From NCBI GenBank assembly GCA_035084275.1, contig CM068746.1:23746001-23810000 (forward strand): a DNA stretch of 64,000 nt. Direction: 5' to 3'. The notes below the pieces were generated by a model. The model saw nothing but the letters and a program-made list of their open reading frames with translations. It made no database searches and was not told the DNA's origin. Of the stretch, positions 27,001 through 42,000 are shown piece by piece. Within the stretch, counting starts at the first letter, position 1. Every line of letters starts with the position of its first letter. The translations under genes and the position numbers were made by a program. This stretch comes from Hydrolagus colliei (Eukaryota).

Positions 27001-30000
27001 ATCCCCCTGTATTGTTTGAAAGTAAAGGAACATGCAAGTAATAGAAAAAAGGCCAAGTTAATATAAGGAATGCAAGTTGTGTTGCAAGGCAGACAGGATG
27101 GTTTTATGTTACGATTTCATAAACTGTCATTGGAATGTGCTTGTTGCCTTTCTGTACAAGTACTATTCCAGATGTCAGTCACACAAAGGTACAAAACTGA
27201 GGGACTGCTAGAATCCATTTGAAATTATTTCTCTATATACAATTGAAATTATTGCACATTGATAGCTAGGTTTACCTCTAATATAGTGCTAGCTCTTTGG
27301 ACATTGAAGAACCAGTTACCATATGTGATATGATGATAACCAGTTTGCTCACAATGTGAAATTAAGTTGCATTTTACTAAATTGTGTTTGAATTGTTTAT
27401 CTATTGATTAAAGCTGTGTTTTTTTGCCATTGAATGTCCTCTCCAAAAGCTTCAGTGTGCCAAGATGTACAGGCTTAAAAGTAACCTGGACTTCAGCCCC
27501 ACTGTGTGCTGAGTTAGCTCATCTCTGCCAGAATGGTCCCGGGGATGGGAGGCCCAGAGAGCAGAGAAGAGAAACAAATCAGCCAGATTCCCTAATTTCA
27601 TTACTGGAATGGATTGGAATGTACGCATGTGTGAACCATTGGTCTAACATGCCTTTCGCTTGCAAACACTATCAGTGTGAAACAAAATGTTTGCCACCTT
27701 TAGCGAACTGCAGATTATATCCCTTCCCTATAAGACAGCACTTGTCTTGTACACATAAATGTATGAGACGGGAAAAGACCACTATCGCGTGATTCCTGCA
27801 AAGACTGAATATGCCATAATAATATGACATGGTCATTCAGTTTAATTTCTACTATATCTAAGAGTATTTTGGCCCTGCAACTTTCTATAGCTTCTGAAAA
27901 ATTAAAAACTTGTTAGTTTAGAGTTTAGAGTCCTAAACTCTTGCAATTTCTACTGTAAATCATGGATTTTATTCAAATTGCATTTCCTTCTGTATCAAGT
28001 AAAGAGATTGTCGGTTGTCTATGTTTCAAACTTGGCCTCCTGTACTAATCAATAACTTTTTTCAATATCTCAAAAAAGATTATTTGTATTATTCTCCCTC
28101 AAATATCTCCTTCTAATTTGAAAGGACTGCCATTTCCCACCACTCCTAAGTATGTACTTCAATTAAGTGACTATTCTTCATATTTAAGCACAAACAATGG
28201 AGAGGCAAAGCATAATAGCTGAGCCTGTCCTCACCTAATATCCACCTGTCTGTCTATTAACGGTTATCTATAATCTATAATCACAAACAACTGTTTGTGG
28301 GACACTGCTGTGCGTGTTTGGCTGCCGCATTTCACCCACAAATATGCAGTCAATTCACTTTACAGTATATTCTGTGAAGTGCTTTGAGATGTCTAGAAGA
28401 TGTGAAAGCGCTAAATCAAATGCAAACATTATTATTATTATTTTGTGGGCTGCAGAAAGTTGTGGAATCAAAATTCTCTTAGCTTATAATAGAAATTAAC
28501 CTGATTTTAACCATCCCATATTAGGACAGCATATATGTCCTAATTCCTCACTGCACACCAAACTAAGAAATCGGAAAATTTCAAACTTCCGTTGTTTTAT
28601 TTTCAAAGTTTATAAAACAATATTAACTCAGGGGGATCAGATATACCTGGAGAAAACCAAGCTGACAGACCATGAGGATCCTAATTCCAAATGCTAGACA
28701 TCTTCAAATTTCTCAGTTAAAAAATTATCTCTCGTACGAGCATTTTTTGCCACAATCCAAAGAAACAAATATATCTTACCTTCAATAGTAAAACTGCTTG
28801 TGAGTTTAAATTTATCGGAGTAATCATAATGAACAGCTGAAACAAATGACGGTGTGACTCTGATAAAATATCCCTTCCTATTATATAATTCAAAGGTACT
28901 GTAGCCAGGGATCCAGTTATTATGATGTTGGATGAATGATGATTCTTTCCAGAATGGTTCACTATCCCTCCATTTCTCCAAATGAATGGAACCATTTACC
29001 CCAGCATGTAAAAAATAATTTGGTCTTTCAGCAGATTCAAAGGAAACAACTGGTAGATCTGCAACAAGATAAAACACTCAATCAATCTCTTGCTTTTATT
29101 GTCATCAATAAGAGAATGTCTAAATTTTATATCTAAATCTAACATTTTGAAGTCCACATCCAAAATTTTAAAAAATCCAAATGTTAATACCTTGGCAAAC
29201 TGTAATCTACACAATCATCACTGTTATAATGTACTCAAAGTTAATCTGAAACTCCATTAGCTAAATATAGCCAGTTGTCATCAGTTTTCATTTGCAGATG
29301 TCAGACCAAAGCTGAACTTACGGAACTTCGTAGAAATATTAAAGCTAAATAAAACTTACTAAATTGCCTTCCTTTGTAAAGTCCAGGTGTAATCATGAAA
29401 TTTATCAAAATGTTCCCTCCAGCACAGTTTCTTTGACAAGGGAATACTTCCCCGGTTGTCAAGTTGGCTCCAATAACAGTGTCATTGTACAAATAGCTGA
29501 GGAACATATATGGTCCTTCACCAAGTTCTGAAATATTGAACAACAAGCAATGAGGTTTGATAGTCCAGCACTGCACTGTTGCTGACAATTGCATCCGAAT
29601 TAAGGTAATTACAGGAAGAATTTGACTGTACTATTCTGCTGGTTGATGAAGCTAAAATAATTACTAGTGAATGAAGCATATGTTTATACATGTTCACATT
29701 CATTATTTCAATTATGGTTTCAGAGCTATACCAAAAGTTTAGATAGAATAACTTAGTGGCTGATGGGGATACTAAAGCAGTACTATACTAAAGGAGCATA
29801 TCACCCACAAAATTTACAATCAATTAACTTTACAGTATATTCTGTGAAATGTTTTATTCTAATCAGTTTTGCTGAATAAATATGCTACAGCAATAACTAA
29901 TTGGTATAGATATAAAACGGACCACATAATTCTGTGAAGGAAAACTTTTCATATAGTATAATTACAGTAGCTTATATTTTCATTAATTTTTTTAAATTAG

Positions 30001-33000
30001 AGAACTAAATGATAATTTAATATTGTTAAATATACAGTATAAATACACAAGCATTACATACCTCGGTTATAGTATTCACAATCAAAAGCTGAAACATTAA
30101 AAACAATTAATACTTAGTTGTTGTGTGTACATATTTGTTATTTCTTGCTGAAATGTTCTGTGACTCTAAATTTACTTATTGACTTAATTGATAATTGGAA
30201 TTAAATTGACAATCAACAGGTTCCATGAACATATGATTCGTGAGAAATTCCACTTGAGTCCAGATTTACTGAACAAAAAAAATTACATTTATAGAGTCCT
30301 CCTTTTAAGTCAGGAGGACATCCCAAGACACCCAAGCATTTTAGAGAATCTGGAATTTAGTAAATTGCTGACTTTGAAGTCTGTTTTCTGTTGTTTTTAA
30401 AAGAGTTTAAGAGAAAAACAACTTCAAAATTAAAGCTATATATAGGAATTTGGAAAATTCTTGAATGGTATATAAATAAGAGCAAATCTAGACCTAAGAA
30501 TTACTCCTTAGAGTCCATCAAAGCTCAATATCATTTTTACCTGTCACCAATCATTTTCCTTCAATGTGGTATGTGAAAACCACAAACTTGAGGCTTTGCT
30601 TTGATCAAAGTATATGCCATGCAACCATTAATAAAATTTAAGTTCACCAGTTATCCCTTGGATTTTGTCAAAGGTACTGTAATACATTAGCCTTCTTTTA
30701 AAACACAAATAAAAACAGCATTAAACACAATCAATTCCCATATGCCCAAGCTTATGTACAGAGCACCTCAATGAATCAGAATTGTATTTGAAGAAGCATT
30801 CCTGAACTAACCAAATGAATTACTATGTATTATGATAAATTAGATCATAACCCCACACTATTTTACAGTACATTAATCTCCTGGAAGCAAATCTTATAGC
30901 GGATAAACAAACTATTACTATTTATTGTATACATTTTCCAATAGAAAAGTAAGGAACATGAACACTATTCAACCCATTCAGTTCATTCCTTCTAGCAAAT
31001 TATGTACAGTTTGTGTTGTCGTGACAAGCTGTCTCTATCACAAGAAATAAAACTAGCTAGGAATAAATAGGAAGGAATAGTGGGGCCAGATGGATATAAG
31101 GAAGAAAAACATTCAACCTGATTGAATGAATTTCACAGATGACATTCCTATGTGGAAAACTGTATAGGAATGGAATCATAAGAACATTTGATCATCCATA
31201 CCTTCTGTCATGTTCAGAATAAGATATTCTTTCAGCAGCTTTTAATTTCTTTAACGGGTGGAATCAATCGTACATACTTTTAAAGGTTGTTTAAGAAGTA
31301 AATGCATTACGACAACAAGATGCCATATTCTTTGGCTCCTGTCAATGTCTTCTGTCCTGAGGATCTGAACTCAACTACCCCGGGCTCTCCCTCAGACTCA
31401 TCAACCCGTGCGCAATTTATGTGTGAAGTTCGATCCACAGCAATTGTTTTTACTCCACATCAGTTCCCTGAGTGCTTTTTTCTACCTCTGTCATATAGCC
31501 CACCTCCATATGTACATCACAAATAATGCAGCTGAAACTCACAAACATGCGTTCGTCACTTCCCGGCTGGATTATTCCATTGCCCTCCTCGCTGGTCTCC
31601 CCAGCTCCACCATACCCCAAATTTAATAAGTCAAACCACTGCCACACGGATATGATCATCTTCCCCCTCCCTCTTCCCCTGGCTCAGTGTCAGTCTCCAC
31701 TACTGCCAAGCTCTCCGGGACGCTACCCCAAGTCAAGGGAACGAGAGAAACGCAATTGTTGTAATGCATCAATTTGCTAAGTGAATGGAATTCCCGTAAA
31801 CTAAGGAATATATCTATTATATGATTCGCTGCATAAGACACACCAGAGAGCAAAGATTTATTCACGAAATTCTATGATTGCAGTGGAAATTGCAATTTAT
31901 TTCTGAAAACTGAAATTTATGTCTGCTTCAATGCACCACTTTGAAACCCATTTTGACAAAATAGCTTCATCCATCCATGCGACAAATTGAGAACACAGTC
32001 GGTTTATTTAAAGAACTCATCTTAGTGGTAATACTTACGACAAACACTGGGGGATCGCCAGTTTACTGATATTTCTTTCTGACAGCACTTGTGAGCGTAG
32101 GCTGCAACACTGGTACAGAAACATTCACAGTCCCCACCACGATTACAGTTACATGTGTCTGTTAGACAATTCTTGTAAAACCAGGTAACGTCGACCTGTG
32201 AACAATCAGATTATGGAGTAAACTTGCAATGTTGCATATAGTACAAAAATACACAGTTTCTACACTTCACAGTGAAACACATTGAGATCTCCTCCTGATA
32301 GTCCTTGAATCAAATACAATTAGTATTACTATTACTGTATTAAGTAGTAAAGCACTGCCACCTAGAGGTAACAGATCTTGTTGCAGTATTGCTGTCCTGA
32401 CCATCCCTCAAACTGTTCTCAGATGCTTAAACAACAATGGCTAAAATGAAAAACAAATCACCCCCAAAAAATGTCTGTTTAGGGAGGTGGCTGAAAGCAG
32501 TGTCACTCTAAAACAGCAATCAGAACTGCTATAGCTCTCATAAAACCAATGTGCAAGCTGTCAAGCTGTCAAACATTGTCAAACTGTCGTGTCCTCCACA
32601 AAGTCCCATTATTTGGCTGCCGGTCTGTTATTATTAAGTAGATTTTAACAGCCCCTAACTGAACAAAGTGAGATACATAAGCGCTCCAAGATGGTGTTCT
32701 GTGTGAAGGGCATTATTGTAAGTGCAAGTTGTTGTTTACAAACTGTTTGCTCCAGTTTCCTTCAAAGCATGTTTCACCACTGCACTTATAGATTCTGATC
32801 CATAAATACCATGTACATATGTGCAGTTTTCCAAAACCAACAGCCCTGCTGACCAGAGAATAGTCTAAAATCATCTGACTTTGTTTCATGTAAGTTATTG
32901 ATCCTGGTGTCCTTCAAATAGCAAGAGTATCAGCGATTGTCTTAAAATATTTTTGTAAATTGCTTGCAGACAGAATTAAAGTTAATTAGCTGAAGTATTG

Positions 33001-36000
33001 GTTACATGCTTGGCTATCAAATTATTGTGAATATTTGACCCTCATGAATTGAGGGATTCACAAATAATAATAATTAAACAAGCATTCCATGCAGTCAGCA
33101 AATAGTGAATTTCCTCAATAACCTCTCCTGAAAGGCTAAATATCCAATACAGTAATGTTTTAATTATATCAATGGGGTACATGGGCATAGGAACATTTTC
33201 TATTAAGGTAGGATTCATGCTAAATAATGTAAACTTACCACATTGTGACAAGGAGCAAACACTTCACTGAACAGAATGGCACATTCTCTCTTAGCAAATG
33301 GCTGCCGAATCAGATCTGCTTCACATGGCCTGGTGATATCAGCCCTACTCACACACTGAAAGAGAAAAATATTGGAGACAACTATCAATTGCTCCATGTA
33401 TTTGTCAACAGCTTATTTGCAATAATGATCTGCTGCATTCTATCACAGTCATATAATTACAAACATTGTATGAACACAGGAAAACAGGAACAGGAGCAAG
33501 CCATTGAGCCAGTTGCACAAGTCAATAGACATTCTGACTTGCAAGTAACAGTGCCACCAACTGAACTAGGCTGACAACAGCACAATGTTGATTTTGTTAG
33601 AATTAATAAGCTTCATCAAAGCTGAAAGTTTTGAAAGTTTCATGGGAAGTTATTTGGAAGAATCGTTTGGAATAATTAATACTTCAATTAGGTAAATTAA
33701 ACATAATAATAATCCTTGCATTTCATACAGTATCACATCGTTGAGACTTAAAGGTGTTCAAAGAATATACTGTAAAGTGAATTGGCAGTATATTTTATGG
33801 ATGGAAAGCGGAAGTCAATTGCTCACAGTAATGTCCCGTGGATTTTCATGAACTTATCATTTTTATTCAAAACTCCCCCAGTTATTTCTTCAATTTCACT
33901 TTCTGATTGTGCAAGGCTGATTAGGAGGTGTTAATCTAGCGCACTGCTTTATCTTCCCTCGACACAATAAATACATTTATGCTGCCACTACAACTTGTGA
34001 CTGGGTGGGGGGGGGGAGTAATCTTACATCTCTATACTTTATATACAAGGGGTAGACTTGAGAACCAAGTTAGCTTTTTTTTGCTCCATACAATCTTATA
34101 ACTAGTCGAAATGCAATATTAATTCTTACCTGGCCAAGAGCCCAACTATCGCCAAAAGCTTGAGTATTGCTCACTTCCATGTTGTTTGAAGTGGTCATGT
34201 CATTCGCTGTACTTTTGTCAAAATTTCCACACATGCCCATCAGTTTACCCTGGCAAATGATATAAATTATCATCATGATTATAAGTTAGCTGTATATTTA
34301 CCCAGTGGAAATGGTAAAAATGTATTTTGCTAATACAGAAGAAGTTATTATTTACAGAACTAATGGGCAACTCAAACCATGGAAGAGGCAGACTAATTCA
34401 AAACATCTGTAAAATGCTACTAACTTTATCCTTTTTTGAGGAATTCCTGCTTGCAGCCTATATTGCAACAGATACATGCCACAATGTTGACTAGAATTTC
34501 AGCCCATGTGTTATTTTTTGCATGTCCACACTTATCTGTTGTGTTTGGAAATGAGTCCCAAAATTCCAGTTCATCTTAGCCCCTAAATCCATTTTGTCTT
34601 AAAAATTTAAGATGGCACAAGATTGAGCAAATATTCGAAAACAATATCTTAACTTCAATCAGTATTTGCAAATCAATTTCATAATAATAAAATTAAAATA
34701 ATCTGTTTTTAATGTAGTGCTTTTCACATCTTCTAGACGTCTCAAAGTGCTTTGCAGAATATACTGTAAAATGGATTGTATGTTTGTGGTCGAAACATGG
34801 CAGCCAATTACGCACAGCAGTGTCCCACAAATGGTTGTGGATTGAAGTGACCAATTGATTATTGTTTTTTTTTCTTGAGGGATTATTATTGGGCATATCA
34901 AATAAGGAAACTTACCGAAGATTTCACACTGCTGGGAAACAAACCCGGATCTCTCGCTTGCAAGGCGAGTGCATTAACATCAGGATAATAACATTGATCC
35001 TTGCATTTGATATTGCGCCCATCATGTCAGGAGGACAGTTCAAAACACTTCATAGGATTTATTGTAAAGTGTAATGACTATTTTGTAGGTAGGTGAATGC
35101 ATATTTTCTGCAGCTCTTTAAAAGAACCAGATAGAATTTCAGACCCAGTAAGTTTTTGGAGGATGCATCAGCACTAATAATCCCACTTTTGGCAAATCAA
35201 ATTTGTGAAATTCCCCAATATCTGGTAATTTCAGATATTCAATTCAGTTCAACACTCATCCCAACTGTGAATGAAGCAGAATTTACTGTGGATGGGTGAG
35301 ATCTCACAAGGTATCTACTTACCCTCCACTGAGGTCCAACCTGAATGTGCACAGTTGTCTTTTTATCCCAAAGGATTATAATCTCTTGCATTGGAAAGTG
35401 CACTGCTACATAGTACCCAGCCTTCCACAGTTGAAAATCATCCCCTTCTTTCTTTACACTGGATAAACGCTAGAACAACAAGCATTTACATGCAATACTA
35501 GTGATTTTGTGTTGGGTTACAGGCTTTCCAAAATACTTCTGTACATGCCAAAATTATTAAGCTTTGTGGTTACGAAGCATTCCCTGGCTAAATCAACTAC
35601 GTGAATTTAACTCAGTTTCTTGTAAATTCAATTCTCCTCTTTTAAATAAAATGAATTTACCTTTGTACTCTTTTGTAATTAAACATTAACTTTGTTACCT
35701 TTGCATTGTTGTATTGTTGTCGCACAATGAAGACAAGGAATATCTGCATACTTTAGACCATAATTTCTGTCTTAAAGCACTTATTTGCTTTGTATAGCAA
35801 TTGCTCGTACATTACACCAGTTATGTGTATTAGATTTTAGGTCCAATGCAGAAATTAGTGTTGTTGCAATACAGATTTAAATGTACACATTTGGCTACTG
35901 AATAAGCATTAAAATGAAGAGTTTCAGTGGTTTGGCCGTGATGCATACAGCTTAGTAATTGCACCATATAGTACAATTATCCATTTTGAGTGAACTTATA

Positions 36001-39000
36001 TTTTCTTTCGGAACATAGAGGCTCGGTAATTTTACAAGCCTGCATAAGCAATGTCCAACCCGGTTTTGTATGCTAACATTTCTGTATGTTTTACTTTCCT
36101 CCAACCAATGATCAAGGAAAAATAATCACAATTAATTTACAATTAAGCAGCGTAATTACTCACTGGATCTCCAGAGTTGTCATTAAAGTAAAGATGGATG
36201 CTTCCAATGGAGATCATTAGGGTCTTCATGCAAATAATTCCACTGTCATAGCAATCCATATTCTGAGCTGACACAGAGATATTCAGTGCACCGATGGTCT
36301 GGAACATAGAGAAATTTGTCAGATACATACGCAGGATTCTCACTCATACTGAATAGAGCTTTAATATAGCCTATTAATATACAGACCATTTGAAGTTATA
36401 AATGTATTCATAGTTCCTTTGGGCTATCAATGGAAAATGCATTATATATATCCCATACTTTTTCCTCTGTTCTTCATCTGTCCATGGCATGTATGTAACA
36501 TATGCAATAAATATGGTTCAGTTGATTTGAATCAAACATTTTCTGATTAAATATTGGGCCACCTTTCAAAGTGTTTGTTTTCCTCTGTCATCAGGAGAGG
36601 CAGATGGAAACTGTCCATTTTTACAGCTAAAGTAAATGTAAAATGAATAACAATGATCCTTACATTTGGTGTAGTGCTTTTCATGTTGGGAGGACGTGTC
36701 AAAGAACTTCACAAGATTTATGATAAAATGTGTATTTTATAAGCAACCAAAATGAGCTAGAAATTCAATGAAAACAATTAGCATTTATATAGCACCCTTT
36801 ACGCCTCTCTACCCCTACACTTTGGAACTCCATCCCACAATCCCTTTACCTTGCTTCTTCCCTTACCTCCTTCAAGTCCGGTCTCAAAACCGTCCTCTTT
36901 GACCATGCCTTCAGTCACCATCCTACCTCTCTGCCTCCCTCATTCCAACCCCCCACGCTCGGGTCCTGAACCCCGACTGTTCAGCGTCTTGGGACGTCCT
37001 CCCAACATGAAAGATGCTCTACAAATGTAATTTTGTTGTTGTTGTCTTGAAGACATGATGCTACATCAAATGCAGGAATTATTATTTTTACAGATTTACC
37101 TTCAGCATTTAATGTCCGCTATTCAACATAGAAACCTGATTCCCATTCCCTGGTGGATTTAATTTATGGTCCTCATGTTTTCCTCTCCCGACCTTACTTC
37201 CTTAATGTCCAGCAATCCTGCCGCCCCAGCCATTCATCCGACTCAAGAAACAGAATGGCTTCATGTTTCCCACGCAAGCTTTCAGCTATATTTTCTCCTC
37301 TCTCTGGAACTCCATCCCGGGGTCCCTCCACCCAAACCCCTCTCTCTTCACCTTTAAAATAAGCTTTAAGACTCTCCTTCTCAACTTTACTTTTGGTCAC
37401 CCTTTCCAACCAGTCAGTTTGTGAAGCACTTTGAGAAACCCCCTGACATGAAGAGCCCTTTATAAATGTATATTGTTGTTGTTGTAATAGATGGGTGGGA
37501 TAAAATTAGGATGATTCATCTTCTACATACTTGCTTTCATTCTTTATTGGTTAAAGTCTAGCCTCTGCTCTTCCCTCCCCAATAGCAGAACTGAGATCAG
37601 TGCTCAGTGAATGATGGATGTCAGTCACTTGTTATAGCAATTCATTACATACAGTAATGATGTCTTAAGTGGTACACATTGTCGTTAAACATTTGGACAA
37701 TCCACACAGAAATACATCATTTCATTTTGTTTTATGAATAATTCCAACACATCTACTGCTAGTGTACTACTGAGCAGTCATTCTGGAAACTCCAAATGCA
37801 TTCAATTGGAAATTCAAAGCTACCAATATTCAGGTCATTTTGAGCTGAAACCACTGAACAAAGCCTGTGCCCTTCAGAAATTACTGTAAGAATTTCAAGA
37901 CCTTCATAACATCTGAGCATCTAATCTTACACAAGCTCAGCATCTGCGAGGAGTAAATCCCTGCCGCTTCTTTTCTGTGTTGTCTGAAAGAGACCTATTG
38001 TTCGGGATTTTCTACCTAGCTGGTTCCATTGCAAGCAGTTTGAAATTGCTTTCCTCGGGGATGAGTGGAAGGTTCTGCATTTAAAATGAGCTGGATACAG
38101 CACTCACGTTGCACTTTGTGTGTCATATTCATTTACATTTTTCTTTGTGGTTTTAGGTTACAAATTTTTCTTACTTTGATGCACCTACCAGGAATGTATT
38201 AATGCCACAATTAATAATGGTCTTATGCTATTCGCATTGTTAAGTTCAAATAATTTTATTTTCAAGATCTTTGAGAACTCCTCCTATCATGAAAGGTGAT
38301 CTATACATGTAAATTGTATTGGATTAAATTGAAATCAAACATATGATCTTTTACATGGAAGCCTCCGTACTCACAAGCAGATTCCAGCTTTTCAGTTACA
38401 CTTGAAAAAGATGCGTAATTCAGCGAAAAAACACAAAAACATTAAGAAAACAAAAGACAGCAATACAAACCTCCACAATGTCCCCTAGGTCTGGGAAAGA
38501 AAACCTATAAAAATGATCGAAACAAGTTCCTCTTTGTTTTGTAGTTTAACGTTTGCCCTGTTTATCCTTTGGATTTGACATTTCATGGGGTTACATTACA
38601 GCAATCCCGTTCTAATTAAAAATGCCTCTGATTTTCCCAAGATTAAGGCTTTGAAAAAGCGCAGGTATCTGTTTCTTAGTGATGTAATCTACCCCACTGC
38701 AGATTGTTTTGAGTTTCAGAGGTGGGGAGGAGGGGTTTGTTGCTCTGCTCTGTGCTATTACTGGGATTCTCCGTTTCCAATATACAGTACAAAATTACAG
38801 CACGTTTTAAATAACATCAGATAATCATGCATGTGCAATTAAATATAGCAGAGCATAAGATACATCTCTAATGACTTAATGAGCAGCAGAGTGTGCTGGT
38901 GCTCATATATACAATGCTACTTGGAGCTAAGACCTGATTTCCAGTGGCAATGGGATGGACCTTGCCGTGTTTAGAATAGGCTAAAAAATATTGAATTCCA

Positions 39001-42000
39001 TGAGAATTTCACTTTGGAGTATTTCACCCACAAAACAGTCAAAAACACTGCGTGATATATCCTGTGAAGCACTTTGAGACATCTTATCAATATGATAAGG
39101 CGTTATTTCAGATTCTAGGATTAATATTATTTATTATTATGAGAGAGGGGAGTTCCCAGAAAGGTCAACAAGATGAAGATCAGATAACCATCTTGATTCA
39201 ATATTTGGGAATCCTGTAGGGAATACTGCACTTTCAACCCCAATGTGGATTCTCAGTCTCAGCCACTTTGTTAGATTAAGGTGAAGGATAGGGTGCCTTC
39301 CAACAGATGGGATCAGCAGGTGAAGAGTTAGCATGGTCCACTCTCTATCAACTGCTCCACTTTCTAATCCTCATACCCCCAGCTCCCACCCAAGTTCGCA
39401 TGTCCATCCAAGACTGTGAAGTGGGCAGGAGACATGAAGATTTTGGACATCTTTCCGATGTGAAGAGCGCTTTACGTGCATAAGCACATCAGAAATAAGA
39501 GCAGGAGTAGGCCATTCGGCCCCTCGAGCCTGCTCTGCCATTTAATAGGATCATGGCTGATCTTCTAACCCAATTCCATTTACCCGTCCTATCCCTATAT
39601 CCTTTAATCTCTCTATCCTTTCCAAACTTATCAATCTCAGTCTTGAATATGCTCAAGGCCTGAGTATCTACAGCCTTCTGGGGTACAGAATTCCGTAAAT
39701 TCACTACCCTCTGAGTGAAGAAATATTTCCTCAACTCTGTTGAAAAAGGCTGACCCTTAATCTTGAGACTATGACCCCTAGCTTGGGATTCTCCAAACGG
39801 GGGAAACAGTCTCACACTATCTACTCTGTGAATCTCCTTAAGAATTTTATAGGTTTCTATATAATCACCTCTCAACCTATCCCGCAGTTTACTCAACCTA
39901 TCCTCATAGGTCAACACCCTCATCCCAGGAACCAACATAGTGAATCTACACTGCACTCCCTCTGAGGTCAGTATGTCTTTTGTTAAATAAAGAGACCAAA
40001 ACTACACATAATATTCTAGGTGTGCTCTCACCAAGGGCCTATACAATAGCAGCAAGTGTCTTGTATGCTAACCCTTTTGCAATGAACGCCAACATGCCAT
40101 TAGCTTTCCTAATTGCTTGCTGTACCTGCATCTCTTTTGTGACTGGTGTACATGGACCCCCAAATCCCTCTGAACACTAACACTACCTGCCCCCACTCTA
40201 GAAAATAGCCCCCACTCTAGAAAATAATCCGCTTTTCTATTTTTACTGCCTGGGTGAATAATTACACACTTCCCCACATTGTACTCCATCTAACTACAGT
40301 TCAATTTGTTGTTGTTGAGCAGAGGGAGAGTGGCTGGGGCAGTAGAATCATAGAGATGCAGCAGCATGGGGCCTGATTTCACCTTTGACTTCTGTTGTGC
40401 TCTGTTTTCGCCCTTAAGTACAAAAACAGCACTGTTATTCTGGCATCTCCCTGGTAACAAAATCAAGAGCAGTGACTGAGAGATCATTTGCAAACCTACC
40501 CTCTGAATCAAGGAATTTGTGGCAGAAAGGATCTAAAATGGAATAAGGAGCAAAACCTTTCATAACATTGTAATGTTGTGCAAGCACAGCTCGTGGTTCA
40601 AGAGGTTCAATGATTCAAGCTCTTTCAAACTACAACACAACTTTTCAGTTTACAGTGGGAAACAGCATTAGACTGGAAGACAGACAGGCAGTGTTATATA
40701 ACACTATTACATAATTATATTCAACTTATTTGGTGAAAGTTGACTTTTTGTTCATAAATTTAATCCAATAAAGTAGGAATAAAGACTTATCCTTGGCTCT
40801 GCTAAACTGTTACACTTGAACATCCAGAAACCAATGAAGCAGTTCAATAAGGTTAAGTTTACAGACCACTCAGCATGCTGTCACATAATATACAAGCCTC
40901 CACAACAAAGCTCTCTTTCTACGAATGCTAATGAGAGCGGTGGAGCTCAGCTGGCTTGCCTCATCAAATGTGCCATTCAAACAGACATTAAACAGGCCAT
41001 GTGTGCTTCAGGCCAATATCATGCACTCACTTTCTTCAAGATATTAATCCACTTTCTCTTAAAATTAAGAATGAATGAGAGATACACATTTAATAGAAAA
41101 AGAGTAAATTGGATATATCATTCTAACAATTAGAGAACTAGCACTTGAAATTTGTCCCATAGAATTCAGCGATTTTGTAATGGATTCTCTGGATGGCTGC
41201 CAATGTATTTTTTTGTAAAATGCTGACTAAGCAAATACCTTGGACTGCTGAAGGACAAATTACTTACAAATGCAATGATAGGCTTCATATAGAACAAAAG
41301 TGTGGAATTTAATTTGTTGTACTGCTGAAAGATAACTTTCAAAGTCAATTCAAATTCATTTATTCCTAATTCAAGTTAAATGCTAGAAGAATGGTCCCAT
41401 TTTATTGAAATCTAGTGACTAATTTAATGTGCCTTCAGCTAAAGCAATGGATGTATCATTTGCCATAGGAAATAACTAACATTTCCATAAGTGCTCTGGG
41501 AGAAGACTGGGACTCCACATTACCTCCAGATCCCCAGTAAAACATGAACCAGTTTGTGGCCACATTGTCTCATTAACAAATGCCTAGCAATAAAGGAGAA
41601 TTTGGCTTGCCAGAAGCTGATTTCCTTTTCTATTCAACAGAAGAGTAATTAAACTTGACTTGAATGACTTGAGTAGACGATACCCCCAGAGTTTCAGCAG
41701 GTGGCTGAATACCCCACACAACTATCTCTTGTTCAATAAGTCATATTCAGGGCTAGCAATAATCTTTGGGTCTCTTTCCCTCAGGAGAAGGAAGTGGAAT
41801 CTCATTGGTGTACCTTTCTATCACCCCCACCTAGGGAATCTACATTAATGAAGCCAATTTTGTGAAACTTTATTGAAATATTTTCGTTAAAGGACTTAAA
41901 ATATTTACAAAAACATTTGCATTTCCAGCCTCCTGCATGTCCCTTGTCCCCTCCATCATGCCTTTAGCTCCAAAACTGTGCAATTTTCTTCCTCAATTTT

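Noticed and set aside
39489-39956. 155-aa ORF as a host gene
   Set aside because: Degenerate CR1 ORF2 fragment
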